A stretch of 63,556 bases of DNA, filler included, from Rhabdomonas costata (Eukaryota), in NCBI GenBank assembly GCA_019059605.1. It is 41 parts of 41 records of this genome, joined end to end, with 100 filler letters (N's around TTAATTAATTAA, not from the genome) between each part and the next. Parts side by side here need not be neighbours in the genome. Positions count along the whole stretch, not along the records: positions 21,747 to 23,195 come from JAHMHO010015553.1; positions 23,296 to 24,748 come from JAHMHO010015554.1; positions 24,849 to 26,301 come from JAHMHO010015555.1; positions 26,402 to 27,854 come from JAHMHO010015556.1; positions 27,955 to 29,407 come from JAHMHO010015557.1; positions 29,508 to 30,960 come from JAHMHO010015558.1; positions 31,061 to 32,513 come from JAHMHO010015559.1; positions 32,614 to 34,066 come from JAHMHO010015560.1; 33 more parts are not named here. One strand, given 5' to 3'. This document shows, one piece after another, positions 23,191 through 34,445 of this stretch. The notes below the pieces were generated by a model. The model did no database searches. It worked only from the letters and a program-made list of their open reading frames with translations, and was not told where the DNA came from. A program made the position numbers and the translations under genes. Every line of letters begins with the position of its first letter. Position 1 is the stretch's first letter.

Positions 23191-23840
23191 CCCCCNNNNN
23201 NNNNNNNNNNNNNNNNNNNNNNNNNNNNNNNNNNNNNNNTTAATTAATTAANNNNNNNNNNNNNNNNNNNNNNNNNNNNNNNNNNNNNNNNNNNNGTTTT
23301 TGGTTCAATGTGGTAAATCCAAATCTCTAAATCGGAGATTCGTTACGCACTCTTTCTTTTGGGTTGTTGCGTGCTGTATTTTGATACAGCAGGATTAGGA
23401 GAACATTCGAACGCACTGCATAGCAGCATTGACTGCATGGTGCACAGATGGCTGTGCAAGGATGTGTGGGATATGCTCTCGAACACGGGGCTTCAGGAAT
23501 CAGTACTCTGCCAATCTTGAAACTGACTGACTATTTTCTTATTGGATATTTGGTGTGATTTTCATGTTTTGGGTTGGTATTGTTCCGATGGTGTGGTCAT
23601 CGGGGGACGAGCAAAATGGAATGTACCTTTGTTGTTCACATCTTCTCCACAGGTCTTTTTCTCTACCTTTTCCTTACCCATTTCCCGCTTACTGCTTCTT
23701 TTCTCTTGCGCGTCTCCTTCCTCCTCCACGAGGAGGGGAGATTTCTCCCCGTGCCCTTTCGTATCCCGTCCTTTATCATCTCCTTTTTCTTTTTACTTTT
23801 TGGTTTTTTCTCTGTTTCTTCCTGTCGAGCCTTTCACACT

Positions 23841-24748
23841 ATGGAAGGCTCTGAAGGGCTCAAGGGCTTTCGCTTTGGCGAGCCCACCTTCATTGACAGC
23901 GAGTCCGCCCTCAGTGATGATGGCATGGGCTCAGTAGCCAGCGATCACTCCGACGACCTCCACCGGCAGCCCAAGCTGCCCCTTCGGCGTACTACCGTAA
24001 GGTGAAGTAGTCCTTCTTCCGAAGGCGGGGCGGTTGGAACAGTTGTGGCTGAAATGTCTTCCTCTGCACCTGTTTGCCCAACATTGGGGCGGCATCCACA
24101 GTAGCCGTAGTATAATGTGATTAGATCAGGCTCTCGGCATCAAGGATATCTTTTGGGAACAATGGGATTGGGGGGAGGGGCGTTAAACTTTTAGGTCAGA
24201 ACGCAAGGGTGTGGTGCGGCTGAAGCGGGCAGATTGGTTGGGACGTTCCATGGGGTGGGCGATGCCGCTTTGCACTGCTATTTAATTTGAGATGGGTTAG
24301 GAAAGTTGTGACCGTTTTAGCTGTGCTAAACTTTTAGCAGTGCTTTACGTTCAATCCCCCCCCCCAAAAAAAAATACAAGAGGCTCAAGGAGATAGATGG
24401 TACCAGGCATGAATGAAAAGATGAAAGCAGAAAAGATCTCACTTGTATGTACACGTGGAGCCAAACGCACTGTTGGGATTTGTGAGGTGCATGGTCATTC
24501 ACTGCTGTCATCATATCGCTCATTTCATGGTATGCAGGTCTGAGATATCCCCCAATGGAATGTGTGGAATGTTTGGTGCTTCTCTTTTTCCCACCCTCCC
24601 ACCTTTTCAATGACTTCCCGTTCTTCTGCGGCAGCGCGGAAGTGTACGACGCGATGGGGTCAGTGAACTGGGTTCCCCCTGTCTTCCCGAAGCCAGACGC
24701 CGACGCGCTGTGGCTGGCGCAGACCCTGGAGGGCCACCCCTTGTTCCG
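23841..24748 (+). CDS. cAMP-dependent protein kinase regulatory subunit-like protein, 5' part
   Basis: ATG at 23841. Exons 23841-24001 and 24635-24748 give ...PKLPLRRTTVS|AEVYDAMGSVNWVPPVFPKPDADALWLAQTLEGHPLF. This is the RRxxVSAE inhibitor site followed by the P.V.PK...L...L....LF linker into the first cNMP domain. Confidence 0.85.
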
Positions 24749-25049
24749 NNNNNNNNNNNNNNNNNNNNNNNNNNNNNNNNNNNNNNNNNNNNTTAATTAA
24801 TTAANNNNNNNNNNNNNNNNNNNNNNNNNNNNNNNNNNNNNNNNNNNNGGGGGGTGTTTTCAGCTGCAGAAGGATGAGAGACATGCGCTGATGATGAGCT
24901 GAAGAATGAGAGACAAACGAAAGCTATACAGCAACCATTTGCATCTCGCTTTCGTTTGTCTCTCATTCTTCAGCTCATCATCAGCGCATGTCTCTCATCC
25001 TTCTGCAGCTGAAAATACCCCTCGCTCTCTATGATGCCCCCAGTCACAC

Positions 25050-25826
25050 CACTGGCCATCCGAAAGGCAACGTATATAGGCGAAGTAGTGGCCACTGACT
25101 GCGGTGCCTCGGTGAACCAAAACACTAAACAGGTCGTACAAGCACTCCGAGGGTGCGGAGTGCACCTGCGACCCACCTGGAACAAAAGACAGCAAAGTAC
25201 ATGAGGTATGCGAATTGCTATCTGCTCTGCTATTTGCAGTTATTTTGATCGTATGTAACTTGGACTTAAAATAAGCAAACCAGAGTGAGTGATGACCAGT
25301 GACGCAATGACACTATGCCTAGCAAAGTTTTTTCCACGGGCACACACAGACACGCAGTGACATATGCTTCTGATGGTACAGAGCTGCTGGTGGTACATTG
25401 TTTTCTGAAGCTCCGCAGGGGGCGGGTTGGCGAACAACACGCACCCTCTCCTGAATCAGTGGTTGCTGTGATCCACGGGGAGACGTCCAGAACAAGAGGA
25501 ATGGCGATCGCATCGTTCAGCTTGACGCGAGTCATGGTTTTAAAATCGAAGTCAAATCGACGGAGCTGCAGCCTGACGGGAATGAAAGAAAACAGCCACA
25601 AGCAACAGTTTTCTACTCGAGAACTGAAACCGAAACAACTGTGCAACTTTTTTTTTGCAATTTCCAAGACCACCGGTCCGTGGCAAAAAGCAACACACGT
25701 GAGGATCTTCGGAATCATCAAGAAAGACAGCCCCTTGCGCGCATTCTGCTTGCAGGCGCAAGCCTCACAAGCATATTGGTTTGCCCCTTCAAGCAGCTCA
25801 GACTGCACAAAGTTGTCCAACGCGTC
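25050..25826 (-). CDS. Ubiquitin C-terminal hydrolase (USP47/USP7-like), three exons
   Basis: Exons 25826-25699 (DALDNFVQSELLEGANQYACEAC...ARKGL...PKILT), 25572-25445 (LQLRRFDFDFKTMTRVKLND) and 25176-25050 (YDLFSVLVHRGTAVSGHYFAYIR...QW, the His box). All introns are GT-AG and in frame. Confidence 0.92.
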
Positions 25827-26889
25827 CTGTTACAAGAAAAAGTCGTGGTTTCGGCATTTCCTTGTTCGACAGAAGCAAGAAACTTTGGGTGTTGTCATGA
25901 AAAACGAAAACATGCAACAGGTTTGTTTGTGGGCTCAGTTTGTTTGAATGAAATATCTGTTTGCTGATTTTATAACGACTGAACACAGGGAGAAGGAAAA
26001 GGAGAAATAGAACGAGAAGGAAACAAAAAGTAAAATCAAAAGAGAAGTAAACCAACGTGCACAAGGCCAGTAAAGCAAACCTGTTCCTAATCTGGGTGCC
26101 GACACTTCGAGACATGACCCACTTTGTGCACTGGGCCACACACGCATCCCACATCACGCATGAAAAAGAAACGCTTGAAAGAGACTCTATTTTGTATTGT
26201 TGAAAAAACCAAACGTTGAATCGCGGTGATCCTGCTGCTTCATAGAACTTGCCAACGGAAGATGGTCACTTCCTCTCACTGGCTACACCGCACAACACAA
26301 ANNNNNNNNNNNNNNNNNNNNNNNNNNNNNNNNNNNNNNNNNNNNTTAATTAATTAANNNNNNNNNNNNNNNNNNNNNNNNNNNNNNNNNNNNNNNNNNN
26401 NTTGTTTTTGTGTGAATTGCATTCTGTCGCCCACGACTACGTGCCCTGTCGGTGCTTTGACTTCCGTTGGGCTCCCGTTGTGCAATGGTTTTTAATGTGT
26501 TGGCTTGGGCTCGTGGGTTTTCTATTTTGTTGGCTTGGACAAGATGAAATCTATGGCGGTGCTTTATTGCTCTCTGCTCATGTGCGCAGATCAGGCTTTT
26601 GACAAGTCTTGTCTTTGGCCTTGTTTCTGCTTCACGAGTGGAAGGGAAAGAAAAGAAAGCCAGCTCAAATGGGGGCAGTCGCGTCCCCCACCCCCTTCTC
26701 TCCCTCTCCTTCTCCCTCTCGTTGCCACTCTTACTCGCTTTGTAACTCAGTCTGCTTTCATAAACGAGTGAAAAGGCAGCCGTTTACGGAACAGAAGCAA
26801 AGGTATAGGCAGTCCATCGTCCTTTGGTCGCGTCTCGCCTCGATCCCATTCGCTGTGCTTACTCTGTGTATCTCTTGGCTTTCCCGCAG

Positions 26890-27705
26890 GAACCGTCTCG
26901 AGCTTCTCGGTGAGCTGGTCGCAGGTCAACTACACCGCGGCCTCCACTGTGGTGCTGTCCCCGCTGGTGGTTAGCTTTGTGGACTCCGCAGGGAATCTCG
27001 CGGCAGCCTCTGCGGATGCGGCCGGGCTGGCAGTCACCGCGGTGCTGCCCAAGCCGCTCAGCTCGAACCGGGACTTGGGGTTCGTCAGTGGGCTGCTCCT
27101 GCAGCCCTCCAGCGGGGGCCAGGTCAAGAGACTCTTTTCCGCACGTTCTGAGGCTCCGGAGATGGGGGCGGGTGCCATTTCTTCGTCTATTTCAACCCTA
27201 AGCCATTGTCAACATCGTGGGGGGACCCACAACCTAAACCGGTTGAAACGTTTTCCTTTTTCAAAGTTTGCTGCACGCCGAATGACCTTCATCTAACTTA
27301 AAAGGAGCATCAGATAGTTTTGGGTTGGATTTGAGTTCCACGTGCCAAGTTCGAGAGGTGTGCGCTTTTAATGGGATTCGAAAATGAACTTTTCCAGCGA
27401 TTTAACATGCGATGCAGCACTTTGGGCTCACGTGGACTAACAGGTGAGAAGTATATTGGTCCTTGTTCTCCTGTGAGCATTGACGTGGTTTATGTCCCCC
27501 TCTAAATAAAACTTTGACAGGCACTCTCAACAATTCATGAATTCTGTTCTAGAGCCGAGCTATTTCTTACCCCTCCCATACACACAGGCTACCTTCAGCG
27601 GCATCACCGTCACCAAGGCCTGGGCCGGCACCTACACCACAACCCTCTCCTCGACGATCAACGGGGTTGCGGTGCAGTCCCTGCAGAACTTTACCATTTT
27701 GCACG
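26890..27705 (+). CDS. Ser/Thr-rich Ig-like (invasin/Big-type) beta-sandwich repeat of a surface protein, two exons
   Basis: Exons 26890-27122 and 27588-27705: PLVVSFVDSAGN...GGQ|ATFSGITVTKAWAGTYTTTLSS. These carry D..GN, G.ATFS.(L/I) and GTY motifs. Confidence 0.6.
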
Positions 27706-29195
27706 GTCACCGGCCCTCTGCTTTCTTTATTTCGATGCTGTGCCTGCATGGATGTCGTGTTCAGGCTGCCTTCTCAACGGAACTTTCTTGTCAACGATGC
27801 CTTTGCACCCAAAATCCCGAAATCGAGTGTCATAGGACCCTCCGTGCGAGCGCCNNNNNNNNNNNNNNNNNNNNNNNNNNNNNNNNNNNNNNNNNNNNTT
27901 AATTAATTAANNNNNNNNNNNNNNNNNNNNNNNNNNNNNNNNNNNNNNNNNNNNGGTGGTGGGTGTGGGTGGTGGGGGGGTGGGCTGAGGCGCGGTTTTG
28001 TTGCAAGGGACGGTTAATGCGATTGTGGTGCGAGCAAAGCTTCTCCGCTCCCTTTGTCGGACTTGTTTGTGACTGTGTGGCTTAAATCGGTTCGCCGTTT
28101 GAAAAGTTGCCGTTGCTTTGTGGTTATACTGCACCGCTGCGGACCAAAGCAATTTCGCAGGACGGGTGGGGGAGGGGTCTGAATTTGAAATAGTAAGGGA
28201 TAGTAAGAGATAGTAAGCGGAACCTTCTGTGTTCTGCTGCTTGGTAGTTCAGGTCTGTATGCCACTGTGGGTTTCTGGAGCAGAGGGGTTAAAGTACTAG
28301 TCTTTCGGCTTGTTCTCCGTCGGCACTATCTGCGTTGAAGTTTCGGATATTTAGCGGAAATAATCTGCGCCAAAAAGACGAACGCAACTCTCCCCGATGG
28401 ATTCCAAATGGTCCGTATTCAGTGGATTTCGCACGATGGGTCGCGGAAATTCCGGCAAAAGCTCTGGGCTGCCCTCATGGTCTGGACCATTTCTTGCCTT
28501 CAATTTCCAGTGCGTCCGCATGGTCCCAGTTGAAAATAAAGCGTTAGAAACGTGCACTGCCGCAGCCACTTCCGCAGTCAACACGCCGAGCCGGCCTTTT
28601 GCATGTGCATCAGCGTTCTTCCCTATGGTGGCTTCCGCTCTGCCCTTCTGTTCCTTTCGAACCCTGAGATAACAACACCCGTTTCAGCGGCAGAGCGCTT
28701 GGGGAAAGAATTTGGGTTGTCCACGTGGGAAGGCGGTAATACGGCTCTACACCCTTACTTTTTTCACGCCGGTGGGGCCCCGCATGACAACCATATCTAA
28801 AAAAAATTAAAATTAAAAAAATTCGTATTTTACGAAATCTGTAAAATCTGTAAAATGCCTCCTCACCATGGGTATTTTCAAACGTGTTGGCGTCAGCACT
28901 TGAAAGCATGCACTATCGAATTGTTTTTCAATTTTAAATGCTCTAAATTGTGTTTTTTAAAACGTTTTTGAACGCTATATCTCTCTGGTGTGCCTTGTAT
29001 GTCTCATTTTCCAAATCGTGCAACCTTTTTAAACTGTTTCTTTTCTTTCTTCATTGACCTGCCGGGCGACCAGATGCACCTCTTGCTCTTCCTCGGTCAT
29101 ATCCCAGCAGATCGCTGTCCTGTGAGTGCGCTTTGTGGTTGACTTGTGTGGGATTCCTGCGGGACGATGACGTTCTCGGGGCTCGCTCCTTTTAG

Positions 29196-29351
29196 GTCAT
29201 TCTGAGAGGGCTGCACTTCGAGGGCTCCGCAGTGGGAATCCGCGGCGGCGAGGGCTGCGGTGTGGCCACTGAGGGCTGCACCTTCGCTGACGTGGACCAC
29301 CTCACGGAGGGCGGCGAGGTGCTTCTGGACCAGTCCCACACCGCCCGGCAG
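29196..29351 (+). CDS. Probable exon, beta-helix-like
   Basis: After TTTAG: VILRGLHFEGSAVGIRGGEGCGVATEGCTFADV, with GC3-rich codons. The 3' end coincides with a fold-back artefact. Confidence 0.4.
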
Positions 29352-31554
29352 GTCAATGAAGAAAGAGAACAAACAGACACAACTGTCCCCAAGTCAAAGA
29401 AGAACACNNNNNNNNNNNNNNNNNNNNNNNNNNNNNNNNNNNNNNNNNNNNTTAATTAATTAANNNNNNNNNNNNNNNNNNNNNNNNNNNNNNNNNNNNN
29501 NNNNNNNAAAACTCCTGAAAACCCAATTCAGACCAAAAATTGCTAAAACTGGGCTTGCAAAGAGACTCAGATCAAGATAGGGGGGAAGTTCAGGTGCTTT
29601 GGGATACCAACGAGCTCGGCTGAGAATGTTTTTGAGGGTATGCTTTCCAGAACAAAGAGAGGTCACCGCTCTGTGTAGCTCAGTGTAGAGTTTTATCCCC
29701 CGAAAAACTTCCAGTAAGTCCGAAAGTGTCTCATTTTTTTTTGCACAAAAAGGCACACCAAACGAGAGCCTCATAAGTTCGCCAAAAGTGTCCACCGCGA
29801 TATGATTGTCCGTGGCACCTCAAAGAGTCGAAACTGCATTCTTAATCAGGCACTGTCGGACTAAGCTAAAAAGGGGCTGTTGAAAAACTAGTTTCCGTAG
29901 TTTCCGTATACTCTCGTTTCCTGGCGTCCAGGTGAATGCAACGAGAGGAAAGCACAAAAACTCTTCATTTTGACAACCAAAGCGGATTGTGTACAGCGTT
30001 GGGGCCGTGGCAGTCCGCAGACTGCAAATGTATCATAAATGTGAGGGATGAAAGAAAGAGGGGGGCCTGAAAAAGAAATGAGAGTGTCTGGGAACATGAT
30101 GAGAAGGAAGGGCATGGAAGACATGGGAGACATGGGGGAAACCTCAGTTTGTACGTGGAGGTGGTTTTCTTCTCGGTCTGTTCTTTGTGTGTGTAGCTTA
30201 CCTTACTGTTTTGAGATGAGGCGGGTGAGACGTTGTCCGTTTCACATCAAAATTGAGAAACACTACCACAAAAAGCAAAAATCGGACTTACACAGGTTTG
30301 TGTATCCGGGGAAATTGATCCCGCGTTTTTGCTTTAGAAAAACGTTCGAATTCGAAAAAGGACAGTATTTGGACTTGGAGCGGTTTTGAGATTGGATGGG
30401 TTCCACATTTGTGGTTGTCTCATTTGAAGTGACTTTGCCCGGGTTGCCCGTGTCAGAATCCTCAGAATCGGGATCCCGGATTGTTAGTCCTTGAATGTGT
30501 CTGAATGCAAAGAGGATGAAGCATAAAGCATAGCGAGGACAGATTTATACATGTGTGTGGTCAGTTATTCAGTCGCTATTATTCGGGATTAAAGCTCTCA
30601 CAGGTGAAACGCGATGGTGAATGACTATCGTAGTAGCAGCACGAGTTTTTGCAGGTCTATTGGTTATTATCGAAGTGCTTTTCGCATCTGGCCGGGACGG
30701 ACGCTGCCGGCAAAACAATTTCTGGTATCCTTCCACGAGTTTTAACCGCTTCTCAATAGAAATGCCGTTTTCTCTTTCACTTATTTGCAATACGTTCCTG
30801 CCTGACTCTAATTCCTGAATTCCTGGCGTTGTGCCTCTCTTTCTTATTGCGATCAGGACCCAGACGAGGTCAGGCAACTTTGCGGAATTCTCCTGAAAAG
30901 GTGCCAGGACCGGTTTGAAGAGGGCATTTCGCATGTTCCGGTATCCTCTGCCACAACACCNNNNNNNNNNNNNNNNNNNNNNNNNNNNNNNNNNNNNNNN
31001 NNNNTTAATTAATTAANNNNNNNNNNNNNNNNNNNNNNNNNNNNNNNNNNNNNNNNNNNNGATATGGAACCGTGCCTATCCAAACGTGATCACACCGGGG
31101 TTGGAAGAGGGAGCAAGATTCCGGGAATTGAAGCAGCAGGTTTTGAAAGTGACTGGTTTGGAGAAGCACGGTTCCATATCCCAAAACGCCTCCTTGCGCC
31201 TCCTTGTAAATGGGAGGGGGGGCTCCGCTCGGGGCGATTCCAATGCACACAGTTTTTGCTCCAAGCATGTCCCAAGTGTCCATGAGACACAATTCGTCGC
31301 TTCAGCTCGGTTCCACCTGTTCCACAACTTGTGGTGGAACGGCTGCTGTTCTGAGGAGCGTGGAAGAGGGATTGATTCACAATCTCTCCAGAACTTCCCA
31401 GACATCGGCGACGAACATGACATAAGAAGCACACTGAAATCGAGCATCAAAAGTATGCGAAATGCCAACCAATGGAGCGCGCAAACGACGACAAAAGGAT
31501 CCCTCCCCTACGCAAAGAAAGGAAGAGCAAAAAACCCTTAGGAGCAGGCAGCAC

Positions 31555-32513
31555 CTTTTTGAATGGCGTGAGGACCCCCTTCGAGTCATCGTAGCACACC
31601 GGAAAGACCTTCCATTCAAAGATCGTCAGGAAGGCCAGGATGGTCAGGACGGCCTGTGCCGCAATGAAGCCGTATAGCCATCGGGTATCCCCGCTCAGCT
31701 TGCGGTGCATCACCGTGGCTACCAGCACCATAACGCACTCCAGGTAGCGGGCTGCCACCCAGAGCTGGATCGAAGGGTCTTGCTTCGGTGGGAAAACTTC
31801 CATTCCCTGTGAAAATAGAGCAGTCCAGCACCAGCTCGTTTCTGGCTTGGAGTATTGCAGTCGATGTTTTCAGGCACCACCATAAACATCTGCGGGCTGG
31901 GGGGGGGTGGGAGACTGCCAAAGAGGCAGAGAAGAGATTCTGCGGGAAAACCAAAGACCAAAAGGCAGGGCATAAAAAACAAAACTGCGATGGCAAGTGA
32001 TACCGCTCAACTCGAGCTCAGAGCTCATGTCGCCAAAACCCCAAAAGGAAGGAAAGAAGGATCGAAGCAGGTCCAAAGATCCATATCGAAATTGTTCATG
32101 CTCAAGCTCAGAAATTGGGAACCGTTGTCGCCAAAGCAAGAGTGAGGTACAAAGAATGCAATCAATGCGGAAGAGTCTGGCATTCCCATGAGGAAGTGAC
32201 AAGCAAGAGGCAACGACGGCACAAAGAGCTACCATGGATCGAAGTTGGCCACACACCTACAAGCTCAAAAATAGCAAACTGTCACCGCCAAGCCACGAAT
32301 TAGCGAAAAAGAACGCAAAAACGTTGCGGAAGAGTCTAGCATTGCACTGAGGGCAGCCTCTGAGAGCTAACCTTGTACGCCAGCATGTGGAACAGGTCCA
32401 GCGTCGCCACAAACCCGTACACGCTCCCCACAGCCACCAGCAGGCTGTTCTTCGCAATATGCCGAGTGTGGAAGACCACCAGAAAGACGCAGTATCCAAT
32501 GATACCCACCAAC
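31555..32513 (-). CDS. MASE3 membrane-associated sensor domain protein, two exons
   Basis: Exon 32512-32372 (VGIIGYCVFLVVFHTRHIAKNSLLVAVGSVYGFVATLDLFHMLAYK) joins through a GTTAG...CAG intron to exon 31806-31555 (GMEVFPPKQDPSIQLWVAARYLECVMVLVA...VFPVCYDDSKGVLTPFKK). This matches the MASE3 motifs D..H.L.YKGM, QLW..ARY.E and FP.C.....GLT.FK. Confidence 0.85.
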
Positions 32514-33114
32514 NNNNNNNNNNNNNNNNNNNNNNNNNNNNNNNNNNNNNNNNNNNNTTAATTAATTAANNNNNNNNNNNNNNNNNNNNNNNNNNNNNNN
32601 NNNNNNNNNNNNNTGGTTGTGTTCGGAGCCGAGGAGTGATCTCTTGAACAGCGTCCAAAATCATGTCAGGTGTTCAGTTGCAGAGAGCAAAAAAATGCAC
32701 AGAAGCAAAACGCAGAGCAAAATACCAACCCAAAGAGTACGAGCGAATGGCTCTCGTGTTTGCAAACACGAGAGCCAATCAACCAAATCACATGTTGGGA
32801 ACGGGTCTAGAGAAATTTATTGCTATGTGAGTATTTTTTTTGCCCAAACTCCAGCGTCAGTTCCCGTGGAGACTGCACACGCGAGCAGGGGGAGGATTCC
32901 CTCGGGGTACAGGAAAGAATATCTGAGGGAGGACTGTGTCTTGGAATTGGGATCCAAAGGGGCCCTAGACAATGAGTCAAAGATCCGAATTCGAATTTAT
33001 TAATCTTTTTTTTTACGAAGGAGAGGATCCTTTTCAGATCGAGTTTTAGCACTGTGTCAAATCTCGGTCTGTGAAAATTGCGCTCTTCATGTTGCCTGCT
33101 ACCATTATCTGTAG

Positions 33115-33984
33115 GTGTTCCAGTCGTTCAAGGCAAAGTGGGAGGAGCTCAAGCCGAAGGACATTTCCCAGATGAAGACCCGGGAGGACTGCCTGGCCAA
33201 CGGGGTGCGGTTTGTTGCGGAGAAGGCGAAGGAGTTTGCAGAGCTGAAGGAGCGTGCCGCCACTCTGGTGCAGCAGACGAAGTACTTTGACATGCCAGAG
33301 CCCGCTTTTAGCGCCGTGGAGGACCTTGACATGGATCTCACGGCTATGCAGGAGATGTGGGCTCTGTACGAGGTACATGTCAAGGGGCTGTTCTTGTTTT
33401 GTCCCTTCCGCCTCGGCCTTTTGCTCATGGTCCCTTCTACTTTTCCTGGACCGGGTCATCTCCTAGCTTAGCTTAAATTGTCTCATTGAAAGTGCTTGTG
33501 TTTGGCTGGGGGAGGGGGGGTCACTGAAAGGTTGCTTTCGAGACTACGTCTTTCTCTCACCGAGACTTGGGAGACGATTTTTTCAAGGAGCAAGGCGCGA
33601 TACAAACCTCCTCCCCATGTTTACTGGTCGTAATCGTGACCACTCCCATCGTCAGCCCTTACCTCCAGCTACAGTCGCACCATGTGGGCCTAGGACTTAG
33701 TAGATCTCTACATTTTCTCAAACTCCAAACTTGTGGTCCGCCAGACCTTTGACACCGAGCTGCAGGCGCTGTGCAAGGAAGAGTGGATGGCGTTCCGCCA
33801 GCACACCTTCCACTTCGAGGACTTCCTGAAGCAGTGGGGGGAGAAGCTCCGTGAGCACAAGTCCAGCCCTGTGGTGCTGTACATCCGGGACCGCCTGGAC
33901 AAGTGGGTCGACCTGGTGCCCCTGCTGCGGCTGATGCGGGGAGATGGGTTCACCCTGGACCACTGGCTGCAGCTCTTCCGCCTG
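33115..33984 (+). CDS. DYNC2H1: Cytoplasmic dynein 2 (IFT dynein) heavy chain, two exons
   Basis: Exons 33115-33372 and 33745-33984: FKAKWEELKP...YFDMPEPAF...WALYE|TF...EEWMAFR...FEDFLKQW...VPLLRLMRGDGFTLDHWLQLFRL. This parallels DYNC2H1 (FKARW.QLKP; EDWI.FR...FE.FL..W; RGE..S.DHWL.LFR). Confidence 0.9.
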
Positions 33985-34445
33985 GTACATGCGCGAATGT
34001 GTGGTTTCTTCAATGATCCGATGGCAGGCGGAAAATGGGCCATGGGGGTGGAGGAAACCACACCACNNNNNNNNNNNNNNNNNNNNNNNNNNNNNNNNNN
34101 NNNNNNNNNNTTAATTAATTAANNNNNNNNNNNNNNNNNNNNNNNNNNNNNNNNNNNNNNNNNNNNGTGGTGGGGGTAACAGAAAACTGGCTTAAAACAT
34201 ATGATTGTCATCTGCTAAATTAACTTGAAAAGGGTTAGTTAAACATGCCAGCACTCGCGGACTGGACTAAAGTCATTTCGAGAGTGCTGGCATGTTTAAC
34301 TAACCCTTTTCAAGTTAATTTAGCAGATGACAATCATATGTTTTAAGCCAGTTTTCTGTTACCCCACCATCAGTAACAGCAACTTCCATTGGGCCCACCG
34401 CTTTGATAACTGTGCCCTCACCAAAGAGCCCACTGCCAGCCACAC

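Noticed and set aside
29508-30960. ORFs on contigs without recognisable exons (also 1-1454, 18639-20092, 38826-40277, 48141-49593, 51247-52699)
   Set aside because: There are no recognisable motifs and no consistent in-frame exon chains. Most entries in the six-frame track are chance ORFs in intronic or intergenic DNA, or run into N-linkers.
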